Shown here one piece after another: positions 59,148-59,953 of a stretch of 59,953 nt of DNA; position 1 is the stretch's first letter; each line of letters starts with the position of its first letter. The position numbers and the translations under genes are program-made. The notes below the pieces were generated by a model. It was not told the origin of the DNA. It searched no databases and worked only from the letters and a program-made list of their open reading frames with translations. The DNA is taken from sequence record DRR723986_5249; one strand, given 5' to 3'.

Positions 59148-59283
59148 AGTGGTGACTCTTTTAATATGTCTGTATTAAAAACTGCGTCTAATCTACTGTT
59201 TTTCGCCTTTTTCGGCAACCGCCTAGTGCTTGCGTTTCCAGGGTTTAATGTTGCTGGCGACGACTTTTCTGCATGTTGCAGGC

Positions 59284-59309
59284 AAAAAAAAGGGCTGCAT
59301 AAGCAGCCC
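59284..59309 (-). terminator. Intrinsic terminator after the TonB-dependent receptor
   Basis: + strand AAAAAAAA-GGGCTGC-ataa-GCAGCCC: 7-bp stem and 8-U tract on the - strand. Confidence 0.85.
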
Positions 59310-59325
59310 AAGTAAGACCAATTAC

Positions 59326-59953
59326 TTAGTACTCGTAGAAGATGTCGATGCCGTAGGTACGGGGCTCACCCCAAATTACCGAGCGGTCTGCCTGAGGCAG
59401 GTTGTCGACCGCTGTCAGCTCGTACTCTTCATCCAGCAGGTTCTTCGCCCACAGGCCCGCAGCGAGGCGGCCGCCAGCAAAGGGAACGTCGGTCAGGCTA
59501 AGGCGAGCGTTAACCAGCTCGTACTGACGCAGCTGCGTGTTTTTAACGTTTTCAGCACGCGAGCCGCCGTTGCGCTCGTCCATGTAGTTCACGCTGACGT
59601 TCAGGCTGGTGCGGCCCCAGTCGGCTTGCAGCAGAGTGTAGTCAGCCGAGGCAGTGAAGCTGTGCTCCGGTGCTGAGAAGAACACGAACTGGTCAGAGGC
59701 GTCGTTGCCATTGATGTCGGTGGCCTTGGTAACCTCGGTGTCGAGGTAGGCGTAGTTCAACATCATCAACAAGTTTTCTGTGGCCAGGAAGGTCACGTCA
59801 GCCTCAAAGCCGAACATCTCTGCTTCACCGGCGTTAGTGACCTTAGTATCTGCCACTGTGCCCGCCAGGATGAAGTTCAGCTGCATGTCCTCGTATTCAC
59901 TGAAGAATACATCCGCGTTGATACGCAGGCGGCGATCCATCAGCTCGCTCTTA
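59326..59953 (-). CDS. TonB-dependent receptor, C-terminal part (runs off the right edge)
   Basis: NAGEAEMFGFE, NYAYLD, KNLLDEEY, GEPRTYGIDIFYEY with an aromatic terminal beta-signal. Confidence 0.9.
   Translation of the reverse strand, partial: KSELMDRRLRINADVFFSEYEDMQLNFILAGTVADTKVTNAGEAEMFGFEADVTFLATENLLMMLNYAYLDTEVTKATDINGNDASDQFVFFSAPEHSFTASADYTLLQADWGRTSLNVSVNYMDERNGGSRAENVKNTQLRQYELVNARLSLTDVPFAGGRLAAGLWAKNLLDEEYELTAVDNLPQADRSVIWGEPRTYGIDIFYEY

Overview
This 60-kb window is gene-dense gammaproteobacterial chromosome; gene content suggests a marine Cellvibrionales-like organism, which is an inference only. I found no rRNA, tRNA, CRISPR array, IS or prophage. From left to right it holds: (1) a LexA-boxed imuA-imuB-dnaE2 mutagenesis cassette, with dnaE2 running off the left edge; (2) a Pho-box-preceded cluster of three lipoproteins, namely a collagen-stalked Sec-type PhoX, an uncharacterised di-haem (2x CxxCH) protein and a PhoA-family phosphatase; (3) a divergent, complete guanidine assimilation operon (ABC importer, CgdAB, guanidine carboxylase, allophanate hydrolase) carrying two different guanidine riboswitch classes, guanidine-I in the leader and guanidine-II internally before the carboxylase; (4) redox and housekeeping genes (macrodomain, TlpA, ArsC family, WrbA, SppA); (5) a TetR-linked operon of a rifampin-phosphotransferase-like dikinase, an RDHSWG-motif protein and an F420-type LLM oxidoreductase; (6) glpE, an RND pair, and a cls-pqiA-pqiA-6xMCE lipid transport operon; (7) deaD, chrA, hydrolases, leuA, rimI, pbpG, a CHASE two-component pair, a 3-ketosteroid dehydrogenase-like flavoprotein and the 3' end of a TonB-dependent receptor. 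The best candidates for undescribed biology are the PhoX/di-haem/PhoA module, the dual-riboswitch guanidine operon and the RPH-like operon.
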